Shown here: positions 47,193-61,438 of the stretch, piece after piece
How positions within the stretch are numbered: position 1 is the first letter of the stretch
Layout: every line of letters starts with the position of its first letter
NCBI RefSeq assembly: GCF_963506605.1
Contig: NC_083285.1
Coordinates: 31,620,001 to 31,684,000, forward strand
Direction: 5' to 3'
DNA: 64,000 nucleotides
Source: Zootoca vivipara
Lineage: Eukaryota
The notes under the pieces: model-generated
What the model saw: the letters and a program-made list of their open reading frames with translations, nothing else
Databases searched by the model: none
Told to the model about the DNA's origin: nothing
Position numbers and translations under genes: made by a program

Positions 47193-50100
47193 CTGTATAG
47201 GATACGGATAAGTTTCACTCATGGTGGTCTCTGAAGTGGCTGGTTCGTGATTCTGCTTCTTAGAGAGGAAATATTATTCACAGCATATGCAGTGAGAAGA
47301 TTCACTGGGGTGGGGGTGGGGAAATGTAGACAATTCCATCCAAACCTTCTGTAGGTTGTCCTCCCCTTAATATTTGGGCTAGGACACTGAAGTAATGAAA
47401 ATTCCTGTTGTGAAGTGGCTTGGGTCTGTTCAAATCATTCTCTACAAAATATAACCTCTTCCACAAAGTTAGCAAAAGGTTGTTCTGAGGGAGAGTTATG
47501 GTGGTGGGATAATGAAAGAATAGGGCTGGGGCTGGGGCAGAGGAAGGGGAAGAATGCAATAGAAATTAAAGAAAGGAGGGTGCCTCCTTGTCTACCCCGA
47601 TATAGTACCGTATAATGCAGTAATGCACTGTTTGTTTTCCAAGCCCCAGTGGTAATAGCCATCAGTGTGAAGCAGAAGGATTTTTATTTTTATTTTAGTG
47701 TGAAGCAGAGTTTGGGAAAACTTAGATTGTGTTATACTAGACATTACCTAGAAAAGGAGGGAAAGTTACATTGGATGGATGGTGGCAATTCTATCACTCT
47801 TCTAGTTCCTCCCTGACCCTTGCTGGCTAGATTGTGTTGCCACCATCCATTATCTCACAGAATAACTGCAAAACTACCTTGGCATGGCATGGAATAAGTT
47901 AAAATTCTAGAATAACTTTAATCAGTGAGTTTCATTCCAAAAGCATGATTTAGCAGAAATTTTAATTTCACTTCAGCAAATGATTTTCTCATTTACATGC
48001 TAATTGTGATTTGCTCCTTCTTAATTGCTGAATTTACTATGACAGTTGTGATCAAACCTTTCCACTTGAAGATAGAAATAACTTGAAACTGCTCTACTAT
48101 AAGATCCGTAGAAAAGTCCCTTTATGCATTGATAATTATACTAATGGTAACAATCTGTCATTTCTTTGTAGGATAAATTGTATGTACATTTTATCTTTTT
48201 GTGTGAAATTTGTTCTGTATTATTATGTAATATTTTCCTTGTGATTCTATTATATATTAAGTGTTCTTCATTATATTTGTTCTGGCCTGGATAAATGACC
48301 AAAAAAGTGAGAATAGCACTGTTAAAACTTTCAAATATATGAGTATGTTTTAGTATATTCATACAGAATTTGGTAGAAGCCTCTTCCACTGAAGCCAGAA
48401 GTCTAAAGTCTGTTGCTAATGCAAGAAATAGGGATTATCCACACTTACATTTCCTCCACACTTCCCACAGTCCATGCTTTAAAACTCTGTGTCCAAATGC
48501 TCTTCCCCTTCCCCCCTTGTCTTAAAGTTTAAAAAGAGCAAATGGTAAAACCCCAAATTGCTGTTTCTTGTGCTTCAGTTTCAAAAAAGTGGGTTTTCAT
48601 GGGGGAAGCTCTGGGGCAAAAGAAAGAGCACTTGGACACGGAACATTAAAGTATGGACCTGTTCCTAGAAAGAGCAGGGCAAAAGGTAAGTGTGGATCCT
48701 TAGAGGCAGAAGCAAACTGCTTTCAGTTATTTTACACAATGGGTGCTATCAGTAATTTAAAAGAGAGCTTTAAAAATTGGTATGTAAAGTTGCTGAAGCA
48801 GCCTTCAACAACCTGGTACCTTCCAGATGTTTTGGACAACTCCCATGGCTGGGACTGATGGAAGTTCTAGTCCAAAACATCCACCAAGATGGCAAAGGCT
48901 GAGATATAGTGTTTAGAAGATATAATTATAGAATTCCCATAAATTCCAGATATGCTCCCCATCACACAATTACCATCATGTGGGGGAGAGGCATGGTTCC
49001 TGCTTTTACTTTAACAGAAGCTACAGTTCCATGTTACACAGTTAAATAAGTAGCCTATAATATGAATTGAACTTGGGCTAAAATTACTTAATGCAATGAA
49101 ATCTGTAGCCATGGTTCAACCCCAGGTAGTAAAGCAAACAGCAGTTTCCTGTGTTTCATAGTATTGCAGAACTCTCACTGGTTTGTTCCAAAATGCAAGC
49201 AGGCATTTTCATTTTCTCCGGCATGTGAGGGAGAAAGAGAAGGGAGGTGGGGTACACAAGCTCATTGTTGCTCTTCTAAACTAAAGTTTTCGATTCTAAA
49301 CCATAATTCTGAACCAGGCTTTATAGTGTTATGCCTGCAGGCATGTAAATTAATAACAACATGTTTTAGAAGTCCCGCATCTCCCAAGGCAAGGTCTCAT
49401 TAATAAACTCCATGGGCTATATGTTTTCTACCATGTTCCACCAACACATACAGTATCCCACAAAGCTAATAGTGCACATTTGGGTTGATACTAGAAACCT
49501 TAACAGTTCAAATTGCGGCAGGGTAAACCCTAAATGTAAGATATTTCAAATATTAGGTGTATTTGTTTCACTTTTCATACAGAATTTAGTTACATTCGCA
49601 AAGCTCGAATGCCTCCTGGAACACCAGAAAAGCCCATTTTAAAGTAACTAAACGAAAGCGGCTGGGAGTCAAGGAAAGAGAGGCAGATTCCCGGCCATGC
49701 TCGCTTAAATCAGCGAGCCATGCCCCCTTGGAACGTCCGTGTTGGACGCGCCAAGGAAGCGCCACATCTGGGAGCCAGCCAATTGGGCTGGGGGGAATGG
49801 CAACCATTTCCCCAGCACGTGAATGCCTCGGGGTGCCCACAACCCCCCCTCCTTCTACGGCGGAAGGGGCTTTACTAAATGTAACTTTTATGCTTTTGTG
49901 CACTTACCGTAGAGGGAGCTATTACACTTGCAGCATACACTGGTTCTGCCAGAGAATAACCAACAGCCAGCCATTTAATCCTGCTGAATTTAGCGCTGAT
50001 TTTGTTGGGAAACAGCGGAGTAGTTTTTTCAGCTCTTTCCAACTTCATGGACGTGTCAACACTTGCTCAGCACTTCTTATTGGGCAAGAGACAATTAGTC

Positions 50101-50810
50101 TCATTATCCAAATTCCAGATCACTAGAATCATTATTCACAAATTGTTTTCCCCTTTTGTCCATATGCATAAGCTCTCATTGAAATACTATACATGTTTAA
50201 TTAGAAGTAAGTCCCATTTAATTCACTGGAGCTTAATCTCAGGTAAGTGGATGTAGAATTGCAGCTCTAGCCTGCTTCTGTGATGTATCCTAAGTGGCCA
50301 AGTTTAAGTTGATGGTATACACAGATTTATTAACATATATAATTACATGCTCTTCATTTTATGTATATATTCAGAGTAGTAACCTTCATTATCCAAAGCC
50401 ATAACCTTCATTATCCAAAGGTTCGCATTTGCATCAAGAACACTGTACCAAAAAATAATAATAATGCAATTTTCTAGCCTGGAAGCTCATAATTAAAATA
50501 AGAGGGGCTGCAAGGCCCATGTGAGCAAACAGATGGATCTGGATAGCTACTTAGTTTGATTGTTGATAGACCTTCAACTTTTTTCATAATCCTCTCTGGC
50601 CAAGGAACCACCATTACGTCCTGACCTCTCTCGCTGCGACATGCTGAGGTGTTCACGTCTTACCTGACAGTCCAGGAGAGAGCTCAGTGCAGACCAGCAT
50701 TTGCACTCTGCAGCAAGAGTAGGCTTCTCAGGACGCAGAGCAGCCTGCAAAATGTCAAACCGCATTGTGCTCTATGTGCCATTTTAGGTCTCACATGAGC
50801 ATGTGAACAT

Positions 50811-50934
50811 GCTGTATTGTTTTAATATTCAATTGGGAGCCACCCAGAGTGGCTGGGGAGACTCAGCCAGATGGGCGGGGTATAAATAATAAATAAATTA
50901 TTATTACTATTATTATTACTATTATTATTATTAT
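50811..50934 (+). mobile_element. L2 LINE extreme 3' end
   Basis: GCCACCCAGAGTGGCT..CAGATGGGCGGGGTATAAATAATAAA plus (TAT)n. Confidence 0.8.
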
Positions 50935-51333
50935 ATGGGGGTGTGGCAGCAGAACAACAGACAGCACAAGCAGTTACTGCAGCTCCAAGAACTGCTATGA
51001 CAATGACCTTATTCAAAAGGACCCATTTAATAATCTCCTTCCTCCCCAATTTTCTGCAATGACCACAAACACCTAGTCCTTATAGTTAGAGACATCCATT
51101 ATCCTGAATTCATATTTTACCTTTTCTTACTCTTCTTCACTAATCCATGTTATCTGATCTAGTCAGGACTGGCCTAAGACATTTTCCTTTTTGTGGCAGA
51201 GCAGCAAATATCTGTACCTACCCTCCACCCCACTGCCCACCTGTCAAGGGGTGCATAGTACCCAAGGTTGGTCAACACATTTTGGCAGCTGAGGTAGAAA
51301 ATCCCACAAGCGCCTCCCAATATCTATGACAGT

Positions 51334-51423
51334 CATAGCTGCCAAGTTCTCCTCCTTTTTAAGGGAAATCCCCTTATGCTGAATAGGTTTGCTCGCAAGA
51401 AAAGGGAAAACTTGGCAGCTATG
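51334..51423. mobile_element. hAT-type MITE (~90 bp), nested in an older TIR element
   Basis: CATAGCTGCCAAGTT TIR; TSD ATGACAGT; sister of 45649-45737. Confidence 0.88.
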
Positions 51424-52252
51424 ATGACAGTGAAAAACACAGTAACTACACACTAAATAACCAATAGCTTGCTGCCCCTTTGTGACACTCAAAATCAGCT
51501 GCCTGAGACAGCAGCCTTGCTCTACTAATTGGTAGGACCGGCCCTTATTGAATAGCTTTGCCCTCTTTTCCCTTTCCTGCCTTCACTTGTTCTCATTCCA
51601 CTTCCTTTTACTAGCTCAGCCTTTCCTTCTCTTCCCAGGAACCAAGTTCATCTCCGCTAAATTTATTCTGCCAGGAAATCATTCCTATTCTTATAGGTCA
51701 GAAGTAGCCAGCAAGGTGCCTTCCAGATCCTGTTGGACTGCAACTCCCATCATCCTTGATGTATAGTCATGCTAGTAGGGACTGATGGGCCTTGTAGTCC
51801 AAAAACTGTTAGAGAGAACCATGTTGGATGTTCCTGCTATAGATTCCCCTTTACAGCATATGGAGCCAATTAATCTTCCAGCTATTCACAGACCCCTGAC
51901 GGCTCACCATTATCCTGTCTGCATTACCTCTCTAACCAAGAGCATATCACTTGCGTTTTACAGAATGTCTTGCACATTGTTAATGTTAAAGAAATCATGC
52001 TAATTTTAAAGAAATAAATACATGTATTGGACAAGTTTGGTTTTTTTTTTTAAAAAAAAGAGATGAACACAGGCAGAAAGTGCTCTTACCTTGTAACAAT
52101 AGTTGCAGTTGTAGTCTCAGTTCAAGAGCTAGGGTCCTTGACAACTGTCTTAATTAAAATCAGCGAGGCTTCTTCGTAAATGTATTTAGGATCAAAATGT
52201 AAGCTTTTGTACTTCCAAGGATTCTGGTGTAAGTGGTTTGTGGTCTGCAAAC

Positions 52253-52607
52253 ACCGTAATCCTATATATGTTTATTCAGGAGCAAGTCCCTCTTTGTCCA
52301 ATAGGGATCACTCCTATTTATGTGCATAGGATTATAGCCTGAGGATGCAGTTCTGTACATTTTTACTTGGAAGTAAGTCCCTGTGTGTTTTGAAGGGTTT
52401 ACTCCTGGGTAAGAATGCGTAGGACTGTAACCTAAAACTTTATGTGCATAGAAAATATTATCAGTATCTAGCGGAATAACTGCTTAAGTAAAGGGTCGAT
52501 GATCATAGTTCAGTCACAGCACAATCCTAAGCATGTTTACTCAGAAGTAAGTCCTGTTGAATTCAATGGAACTTACTCCCAGGTAAATTGTGCATAGGAT
52601 TGCAGTC
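52253..52607. mobile_element. Cluster of three old ~90-bp palindromic MITEs (probable PIF/Harbinger type)
   Basis: Copies ~52253-52339, 52343-52432 and 52517-52607 with AATCCT..AGGATT arms and an AAGTAAGTCC core; bounded by TGA/TAA. Confidence 0.6.
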
Positions 52608-55600
52608 TGAATTATGTAAAGGTGTTGAACAGCAAATGTACAATCTATGTAAATGGTCATTTCTCCAGGGTTTGACTAATGTTTTTGTGTGTGGATGTTT
52701 TAATTTTTATTTCTTCCTTCTATGTCCTCCTTATCTATGTTGTGTCTCATGACTGTTCTGGATTGTCACTTGCGGTAGGTTTATTTTGCTCTTTGGACAC
52801 ACCTAGTCTAAAGCTCTGATATATTTAGTCTCCTGACAGCTCTGCCTCCTCAGCTGAGATTTATACATAGCTTTGACACACATCAAGAGGCTGAACCAAA
52901 TTGATTTCTTTCTTTTGGAGGATTATATTTCAAACCCCACCCTCAATTTTCTATATATACTAAGCCTGAAGGTATTAGAAAGCTCAAGTTTTGATATGCA
53001 CAGAAAATAATGTACATATCTTTCTTTCATTTTTGCATAAAATCAGAGTTACCAAAACTGCTCAACATAAGAAAAAAAATTGTTTCCTATTGGCTTTAAA
53101 AAGATCACAATCTTATTCAATTACAGTGTGCTTCATATCTTGTGCTGTTGGTTTTTTTATCGCATTTGCTTTATTAGACAGCATTTCTCTGCCTTTTTAA
53201 CTAGAAGTAAGCCTCACTGAACTCATTGTGGTTTACCTCTGAGTAAGCATTAGTAGGATTGCATGGGCAGTTCCTCTGCAACCCCGAACTGCATTAAACT
53301 GACTTCTGGAAATATGTTGGTGCATCTGGGAAAATATTTGGTCCATTATTTCTTGAAGCATCTTCCTATCACAACTTTCACTGCTGCAATTTATCAGTCT
53401 GCAGCAATCCTCCTGTGTCTCCTTATAATTTTCTGCTGCTATTTCCTCCACCCCATGTAAGAAGAGTGGGAAGGGGTGAACATTCAACCCAAGAAACACT
53501 CTAATAAGTTCTGATTTAATGACTCTGAATTTAATGTATTGGTACAGCAAAATCCTTGCTGAAGCTCAGCCTTTGGGAAAGGAGTCGACTTAATTATATC
53601 AGTGATGAACAGTGACACTGAAAAATTATCAAAAATTTAGTCCCATTTCTTGAAGAATAATTGCAGCAATGGTCTCGATCTTTTATTAGGTCACAAAGTG
53701 TTAGAGGAGAGGGAGATGTAATATCTCAGCCATTAAAATTACATCAGGCCGAAATGTTCTCACTTGCTAGATACTTTGATTTTACAGAAAATATGTCTCT
53801 TGATTAGATCAGGACATTGGGACTTGGCACCGTTTATGCCACTGTGATAGTATGTTGCTGAGTTTTCTTCCTGGTGCTTTTCACTTGCCAGGGAGGAAAA
53901 TATTTGCCAGCTGCACTGCTACTTACAAGGATATGGCTGCAAACTTCTAGCATAACTGTTATAACATCAGCTGAAGCTACTGTCCAATCCTTCTGCTTGA
54001 TGCAGGAAGGCTACAATCAATATGCAACACAGTACTTGGAGTCAAGCTATGTTGGCATGTTCATTTATTACTTTCTTCCAGACATGGTTTTACCTGTGCC
54101 ACGGAGAGGGATCTTGTGACTCTCTAAATGTTATTGGACTTCAACTCCCATCATCCCTCACCAGTGCTTTTTTTCTTTAAAAAATGTTTAGAGGGACTCT
54201 CCTTTTGACTCAAGAAAATCACCATTTTAGAGTTGAAATAAGGAAAAATAAGTTGCAGATTAATTTGACCTCCAGTCACTTTCTAGGAGGCAGAGGGGTG
54301 AGGCAGCATCCAGGTTGGCACAGTGCAAATGCAACTAGGGGAATAACATAATGTGTTTGCACCACACTGACCTCGCTGCCACATCACCCCTCCCTCTTTA
54401 CGTGATGTTAGGCAGCAGCAACAAGACAACCAACCAGACGTTGGATGAGTCAAATGAATACAGCCACCCCAGCATGCTGCATGCTTCTGCCAACATGAAT
54501 TAATCTACCTTTTTCCTTGGTATAATTCATTTAGCAAGTGCGGGATATCTGATCTTTGGCCTTAGAATAATTATATATATGAAAGCAAACTGAGTTGGGC
54601 TCTTATTTATTTATATGGGAATGGGATAGTTTATATCCCATCTCTCCAAACTTTGGGATATATGCTCTACCTTTCCAAAGTTTTAATCTCATTTTCTAAT
54701 AGGAAAAGGTAAGGGCATAATTTTGTGATTGGATTGAATTCTCAAATTGCAGTTACAAGATGGTGCTAATTCATTGCTGCTGTGCACTGTGCTGTAAGTA
54801 ATTTCCATGGTGGCACAGCAGACAAGTGCATTTGTTTAATATGATCATGCAACTGATGGTTCAGTTCCTACCCAAAGAAAACACTTAACTTGTTTTGAAT
54901 GAAACGTTACATGCTGAGATGCTCACTCCAACTAAAGTTAGCCATGACTAAGGCAGGCTGACATCCTATAATGACTTATATGAGGGTAACTCCCATCAAA
55001 GTTAAATGGAGGAGAGTGTGCTGCAATTCATTTTACTTTTGTCAAAGGTGGTCCTGCATCACAGTCCTAACTATGTCTACTCAGAGGTAAGTTCATCTAA
55101 TTGATAGGGTTTCCCAGATAAGCATTGTACAATTGCCAACTGAATTGATTAGGGCTTTATGATGCAAACCTGTGCACACTCGCCTCAGAATAAAACACAT
55201 TGAACTCAGTGAGGCTTGCTCCTCAGTAGGCACACATAGGATGCTCTTCTGGAATTGTATATGATGCAAACTTGGGCTTTCTAATATCAAACAAATTAAT
55301 GCTTTCAGTTTGTTATTTTCTCTGTTGGTAAACACTGCTGCTACCTTTTAAAACAACTGTGTTGGCTGTGTTGGCTGTTTTGGCCAACAAATTTGTCCAT
55401 AATTGTGTTAACATCAATGTACGGTATATTTAAATCAAGTTGGTTCAGCCTGGCTTTAAACTGAGAACAGTTGAAAAGAAAAAGAGAACGAAAAGGGTCT
55501 TCTTTTCTGTGACCGTGCATTTGCTAATGGCATAGTGATATCTTTGCTTCCATAAGCATCATGAGCAGAGAGAAAAAATTGAAATGTTTGTGCATCTCAT

Positions 55601-55951
55601 TTTATGAAGAAGTCACATAGCAACATTTAAAATAGCAGTAATTCTACAGAAGCACTTTGCTTTACTGCAAATAATTCACAGCATGCACAACTGTTTTAAA
55701 TTGAATGACTGTGCAACCTTGCCTCTTTAATAGCATGTTTATCCACACTTGCCTCTGGACAAAGCAATTTGATTCAATAAAAGATTTTGCAAAAAAATAA
55801 AAATGAAACAACACATTGACATTCTCTTTGTGTTTCAGGCTTTGAAACAATTGTTGCTTGCAATACCCTCAAAAGACACTTTCCTCCCCCTTTTTCCATT
55901 GCTTCCTTGCTGCTTGCTGACGATGATATTTCTCTTGTGCAACGAAAGTAG

Positions 55952-56242
<291 letters not shown>

Positions 56243-57704
56243 TGAAATAAGTGTGATCAGAGTGTGTTGTGTGAGTCGGGGGGGGGAGAGTAATGCATTT
56301 CTCCCACAGGTGCACCCCAGATCTATTTCCCGGGGGGAGGGGCAAACTCTGTTCTACACCAAAGTCTCTTCTACTCAAAGGCAAACACAATTGGATAAGA
56401 ATATATCTATATCTTTACACATACACATGTTCTCATTTTACTCATAATTTTAAATGGTGTTGTGGAAATGCTGCTGCAGGCATTTACTTTCCACAGGCAT
56501 TCTAAACCCCTGTTCCCCTCACAGACCCACAATTTCCATCCACGGGATTCTGTGTGGGGAGCCATGACTGTTAAAGTGGTGTCCTTGTGCTTTAAATGCA
56601 CGGTGGGGATCTGACCTAAGAGAAAGAATTGCCTACTGTAGGGAGATAACTACTCTTATTTTCTGTTTGTCCCTGCTATGAGTGTGTCACATCAACATAC
56701 TAACTCAGTAAATTCATGATGGGAGTTCCCCTTTGACACTTTTGGCACCTAAGGAAGACATACAGTGTAAAGCCAGCACCGATCCCTGGTGTGTCTTCAA
56801 TCTTTCTGCCTCAACAGTAAAACTTTATTTAATATTCTACGTACCTTTTCAAGTAACTCCCACATCGTTCATTGTCCTTCAAAGAGCAGCATAAAAGAAA
56901 TCACCAGTCAAAGAATAAAGAGGTACACACAAACACACACAGAGACTTGAAAGAGCAAACACACATACAAAAGTATCCTGTGTTTTAGATCTCTAGTGGA
57001 CCACTCTGCAGCACTAAGAGCTCTTGAAATCAGTGTGGAACTTTTAAATCTTCAAAGAATAGTGGATGTTAAGCAGGCGAGGGACTAGAGAAGCTGAAAT
57101 CTTTTGTAAGAAATAGATAAAACCTTCCTCAGAAGATGAACAAAAGTTGTCCTGGATTTTATTAAAAAGAATGCTATTTTGACTCTAGAACATTGGCTTG
57201 GTGATTCCCCCCCCCCAAAAAAGATTAATTTTTTGCCAGTAGATCTTTGGTAGCGCTCCAAGTATAACTAAGGTGCTCACTAGCATTTATTTACGGTTTC
57301 ATAATTTCTTCTGCTGCCATTGTTCAGAAATTATATTCCCCTGTTGGGCTCTTAACAATTTTCATGGGATGGATGAGAAAAAGCAAGAACACAAAGATCC
57401 ATGGCCAGGAAATCCAATTACTACTCATTGTTGGGAAATTGGAACAAGATCACCAAAATACTCCCTGGAGCATCATGACTCCATTCTAGAGAGAATTATT
57501 TTCTTTTTTAAAAAATTGAATTACATTCCCTTTTGGCTAGCTCAATGTCGCAGGCAGGCAAACTGATCTTGTGGCTCCTGGGTGGCTAATGTGGTATAAT
57601 ATATTCCTGATACTAGACTCAACCAGCAAACACAAAACACAATCAACATAGAAACAAAAGCCTGACACTGACAGGCAAGCCCATATTCCTCTGGTGTGAC
57701 TCTC

Positions 57705-57902
57705 AGGGCCATAGCTCAGTGGAAGAGCAGTTTCTTCATATGCAGAAAGGCTGGTGTTAAGTCCCCAGCATCTCCTAGTAAGCCTGACAGAGGCCCCTGC
57801 CCAAAACTCTGGAGTGTCACTGCCAATTAAAACTATAGACAGTACATAGCCAGATGGACCAATAGTCTTGACTCAGTATGAGGCAGCTTCCTGTGTACCT
57901 GT
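57705..57902 (+). mobile_element. tRNA-derived SINE (Squam2-like)
   Basis: AGGGCCATAGCTCAGTGG head, AGATGGACCAATAGTC..AGGCAGCTTCCTGTG tail. Confidence 0.7.
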
Positions 57903-58057
57903 GTTCAAACCAGTTGCTCATTTACATTGCACTTGCAGTACCCATGCAGGTAAGCCTTCAGTCAGCCTGCGGTACTTACTGAGTGATCCCATGAAGTCAC
58001 TTTATATCCCATTTATAAATGGAACACAACTGGGCAGGCAAAAAAGAGACCATACTG

Positions 58058-58588
58058 TACTGCAATGTGCTCTACGTGGGGCTACCTTTGAAGGTGACCC
58101 AGAAACTACAACTAATCCAGAATGCGGCAGCTAGACTGGTGACTGGGAGCGGCCGCCGAGACCACATAACACCGGTCTTGAAAGATCTACATTGTCTCCC
58201 AGTACATTTCCGAGCACAGTTCAAAGTGTTGGTGCTGACCTAAATGGCCTCGGTCCAGTATACATGAAGGAGCATCTCCACCCCCATCGTTCTGCCCGGA
58301 CACTGAGGTCCAGTACCGAGGGCCTCCTGGCAGTTCCCTCGTTGCGAGAAGCCAAGTTGCGGGGAACCAGGCAGAGGGCCTTCTCGGTGGTGGCGCCCGC
58401 CCTGTGGAACGCCCTCCCATCAGATGTCAAAGAGAAAAACAGCTACCAGATTTTTAGAAGACATCTGAAGGCAGCCCTGTTTAGGGAGGCTTTTAATGTT
58501 TAATAGATTATTTTATTTCATTTTTCTGTTGTAAGCCGACCAGAGTGGCTGGGAAAATCTAGCCAGATGGGCAGGGTATAAATAATAA

Positions 58589-58633
<45 letters not shown>
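58058..58633 (+). mobile_element. L2 LINE 3' fragment (ORF2 C-terminus, 3'UTR, (TAT)n)
   Basis: YCNVLYVGLPLKVTQKLQLIQNAAARLVTG..DHITPVLKDLH..FKVLVLT; RAFSVVAPALWNALP. Confidence 0.92.
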
Positions 58634-58716
58634 TTGCCTTCCTTTGTGGAGAGCACCAGAATTGAGTGGAGAAAAGGACAGCAGCCAACTACTATAGCTA
58701 CATAGTCCAGGGTTCT

Positions 58717-58884
58717 GGGAAGGGTCGCAGCTCACTGGTGGAGCACCCCAGGTTCAATCTATGGCATCTCCAGATAGGTCTAAGTATGCCTGAAATCCCG
58801 GGGAGCTGCTGATAGGCAGTGTAGAAAATACTGACCTGGATGGACCAGTAGTCTAACTTAATATAAGGCAGATCCATGTTCCTG
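58717..58884 (+). mobile_element. tRNA-derived SINE (Squam2-like), internally deleted
   Basis: GCAGCTCACTGGTGGAGCA, CAGGTTCAATC B box, tail shared with the 57705 copy. Confidence 0.65.
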
Positions 58885-59375
58885 TGCCAGAGAGTTTTAA
58901 TCCCACAGATGCATGAAACAAGAACCATCTTTTGCCATCCAGGAGCCCACATGTTTCATGCTGAACCATGGTTTGGTTTTAGCGTTAACTTATATAGCGG
59001 GTGAGTGTAAGATACATAGTTAATCATCTGGTAAAGAATCCTTCCCTTTTACGTATATAAATTTAACTCTTAGTAATTATGTATTGTAAGATTATTTAAC
59101 AATACATTTTAAATTGCAGAGTCCTTTAAAAAAAAAGGCCCCAGTAAAATAACCTGTTAGGGAGCTATTTGATAGTGGCATTGCCAAATAAAATGTAAAA
59201 ATCCATATATAGCTCTAATCAGCAGCAGTTTAAATGCCTCTTGTCTGCTTAAAAACAGCTTCTTGAAGTCTGAGGCTGCTGTAATTGGGGTTTGGATGTT
59301 GTTGTTTTTTAAAGAATCATGCACCTTTTTTCAAATCTGCATTTCTTAGAATGCTTTGTGCTTTTTAAAAGGAGA

Positions 59376-59379
<4 letters not shown>

Positions 59380-59417
<38 letters not shown>
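59380..59417 (+). repeat. (TG)19 microsatellite
   Basis: Direct read. Confidence 0.95.
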
Positions 59418-59419
<2 letters not shown>

Positions 59420-59546
59420 TGCGGGCGCAGCATGTAACTGTGTGCAACCATATTGTTGTGTACATGTATTTATAGAGAGAGACATCAAGAGAAAAGGCAC
59501 TTGCAAGCTCTTTGGTAAATGCTTGCTGAATATTCTGCTCTGCTGA

Positions 59547-59756
<210 letters not shown>

Positions 59757-60619
59757 TGATAATTACATGGCACCCTTTCCTTTGTTTGCTATGTATACTA
59801 AAGGTTAATCTCTTTCCCAGTCACAGAATTGCTTATGTCCTGGTTAATTGGTGACCCACGGCAACAATGGCCTTTTCTCTTTTGGAGCCATTCCAGTGAT
59901 TGCCCTGCAGTGAAAAATGTAAAGGACAAAGGATTATTACCAGGAGAATAATTCAACTGTAGCCTCAGAGCTCTGCTGTTTTGCATCTTTTCATGAATCT
60001 GACCTTGAGTCTGGCTGAAACTCCCTGTGAGGAAGGGAACTTTAGCATGGACTCTTTAGATTTCCTGGAAAGCTGCCTTTGCTAAAGAGCCAAAGCCCAT
60101 TCCAGAGGGTGGGAGGTATCTGCCATGAATGAGATGGGATGAAATGCTGCTGCAGACCACCATTGATGAGCAAAATGAAAAGCTGTGTGGCTTATCCACT
60201 TGGAAACAGTGCTAGGACACCAGTGCTAAGAGGCCTCTATTTTTCACTATCTATGATCTAGCAAAAATTAGTTGGTCACCTAATAATGACAATTCCTGAT
60301 TGTATATTTTAGATTTTTTTTCTTATGAACCAACAACATCCTCCTTTAAAATAATATATCATGAAGTGCTGGTGGAAAGCACAACCTCCCACACTGTATT
60401 GGAGGATCTGGCAACCTTCTGGGATTTATAGGGGGCTGTGGAGGGAAGAGAAAAATTGCTTTTAAACTCTTGTGCCCGCAAGGTCCCCCACCAGTTTGGA
60501 GACACTGCTAATTTTTTCCACTCTCATAGGAGCACATTTTCCCTATTGCTTTACTATTACTAATAACAGTACTTGGCAGTGTTCAAAACACTCCACAGGC
60601 ACTACCCTAAAGCCTAAAG

Positions 60620-60755
60620 CAGGCATCCCCAAACTGCGGCCCTCCAGATGTTTTGGCCTACAACTCCCATGATCCCTAGCTAACTGGACCAGTAGTCAGG
60701 GATGATGGGAATTGTAGTCCAAAACATCTGGAGGGCCAAAGTTTGGGGATGCCTT
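60620..60755. mobile_element. hAT palindromic MITE, 136 bp
   Basis: Same family as 33600; TSD GCCTAAAG. Confidence 0.92.
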
Positions 60756-60984
60756 GCCTAAAGTTATTCAGTGAGTTCATGGTACAGATGAGAGACAAAG
60801 AAAGGGCTTCCTCATTCTCTCAGCCTCCACACAGATCACTCTCTTAAGTTTCTACCCTAATCTTTGCAGAAAATGGGTAGCCCTCTGTGCCTTTGAAGCT
60901 TTAAATTGGACATTTTCTAGACAGGCTGATAGCTGAGACTTTGACACAACTGGGGGAAGAAGTCAAGAAACATGCATGTCTAAA

Positions 60985-61438
60985 CTGTCGAGACCATATA
61001 ACACGGGTCCTGAAAGACCTACATTGGCTCCCAGTACGTTTTCAAGCGCAAATCAAAGTGTTGGTGCTGGCCTTTAAAGCGCTAAACAGCATTGGCCCAG
61101 TATACGTGAAGGAGCATCTCCACCGCCATCGTTCAGTCCGGACACTGAGGTCCAGCTTCGAAGGCCTTCTGGCACTTCCAATTCCCTCACTGCGAGAAGT
61201 GAAGTTATAGGGAACAAGACAGAGGGCCCTCTCGGTAGTAGCGCCTGCCCTGTGGAACTCCCTCCCACTAGATGTCAAGGAAATAAACAACTATCTGATT
61301 TTTAGAAGACATCTGAAGACAGCCCTGTTTAGGGAAGTTTTATTCTATTTTTAATGTTCTGTTGAAAGCCACCCAGAGTGGCTGGGGAAAACCCACCCAG
61401 ATGGGCGGGGCAGAAATAATAAATTCTTATTCTTATTC
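60985..61438 (+). mobile_element. L2 LINE 3' fragment
   Basis: RDHITRVLKDLHWLPVRFQAQIKVLVLAFKALN; paralogous to 58150-58590. Confidence 0.9.

Noticed and set aside
58036-58640. 8-bp inverted repeat AGGCAAAA/TTTTGCCT around the L2 fragment
   Set aside because: Short and low-complexity, not at the exact 5' boundary; likely chance.
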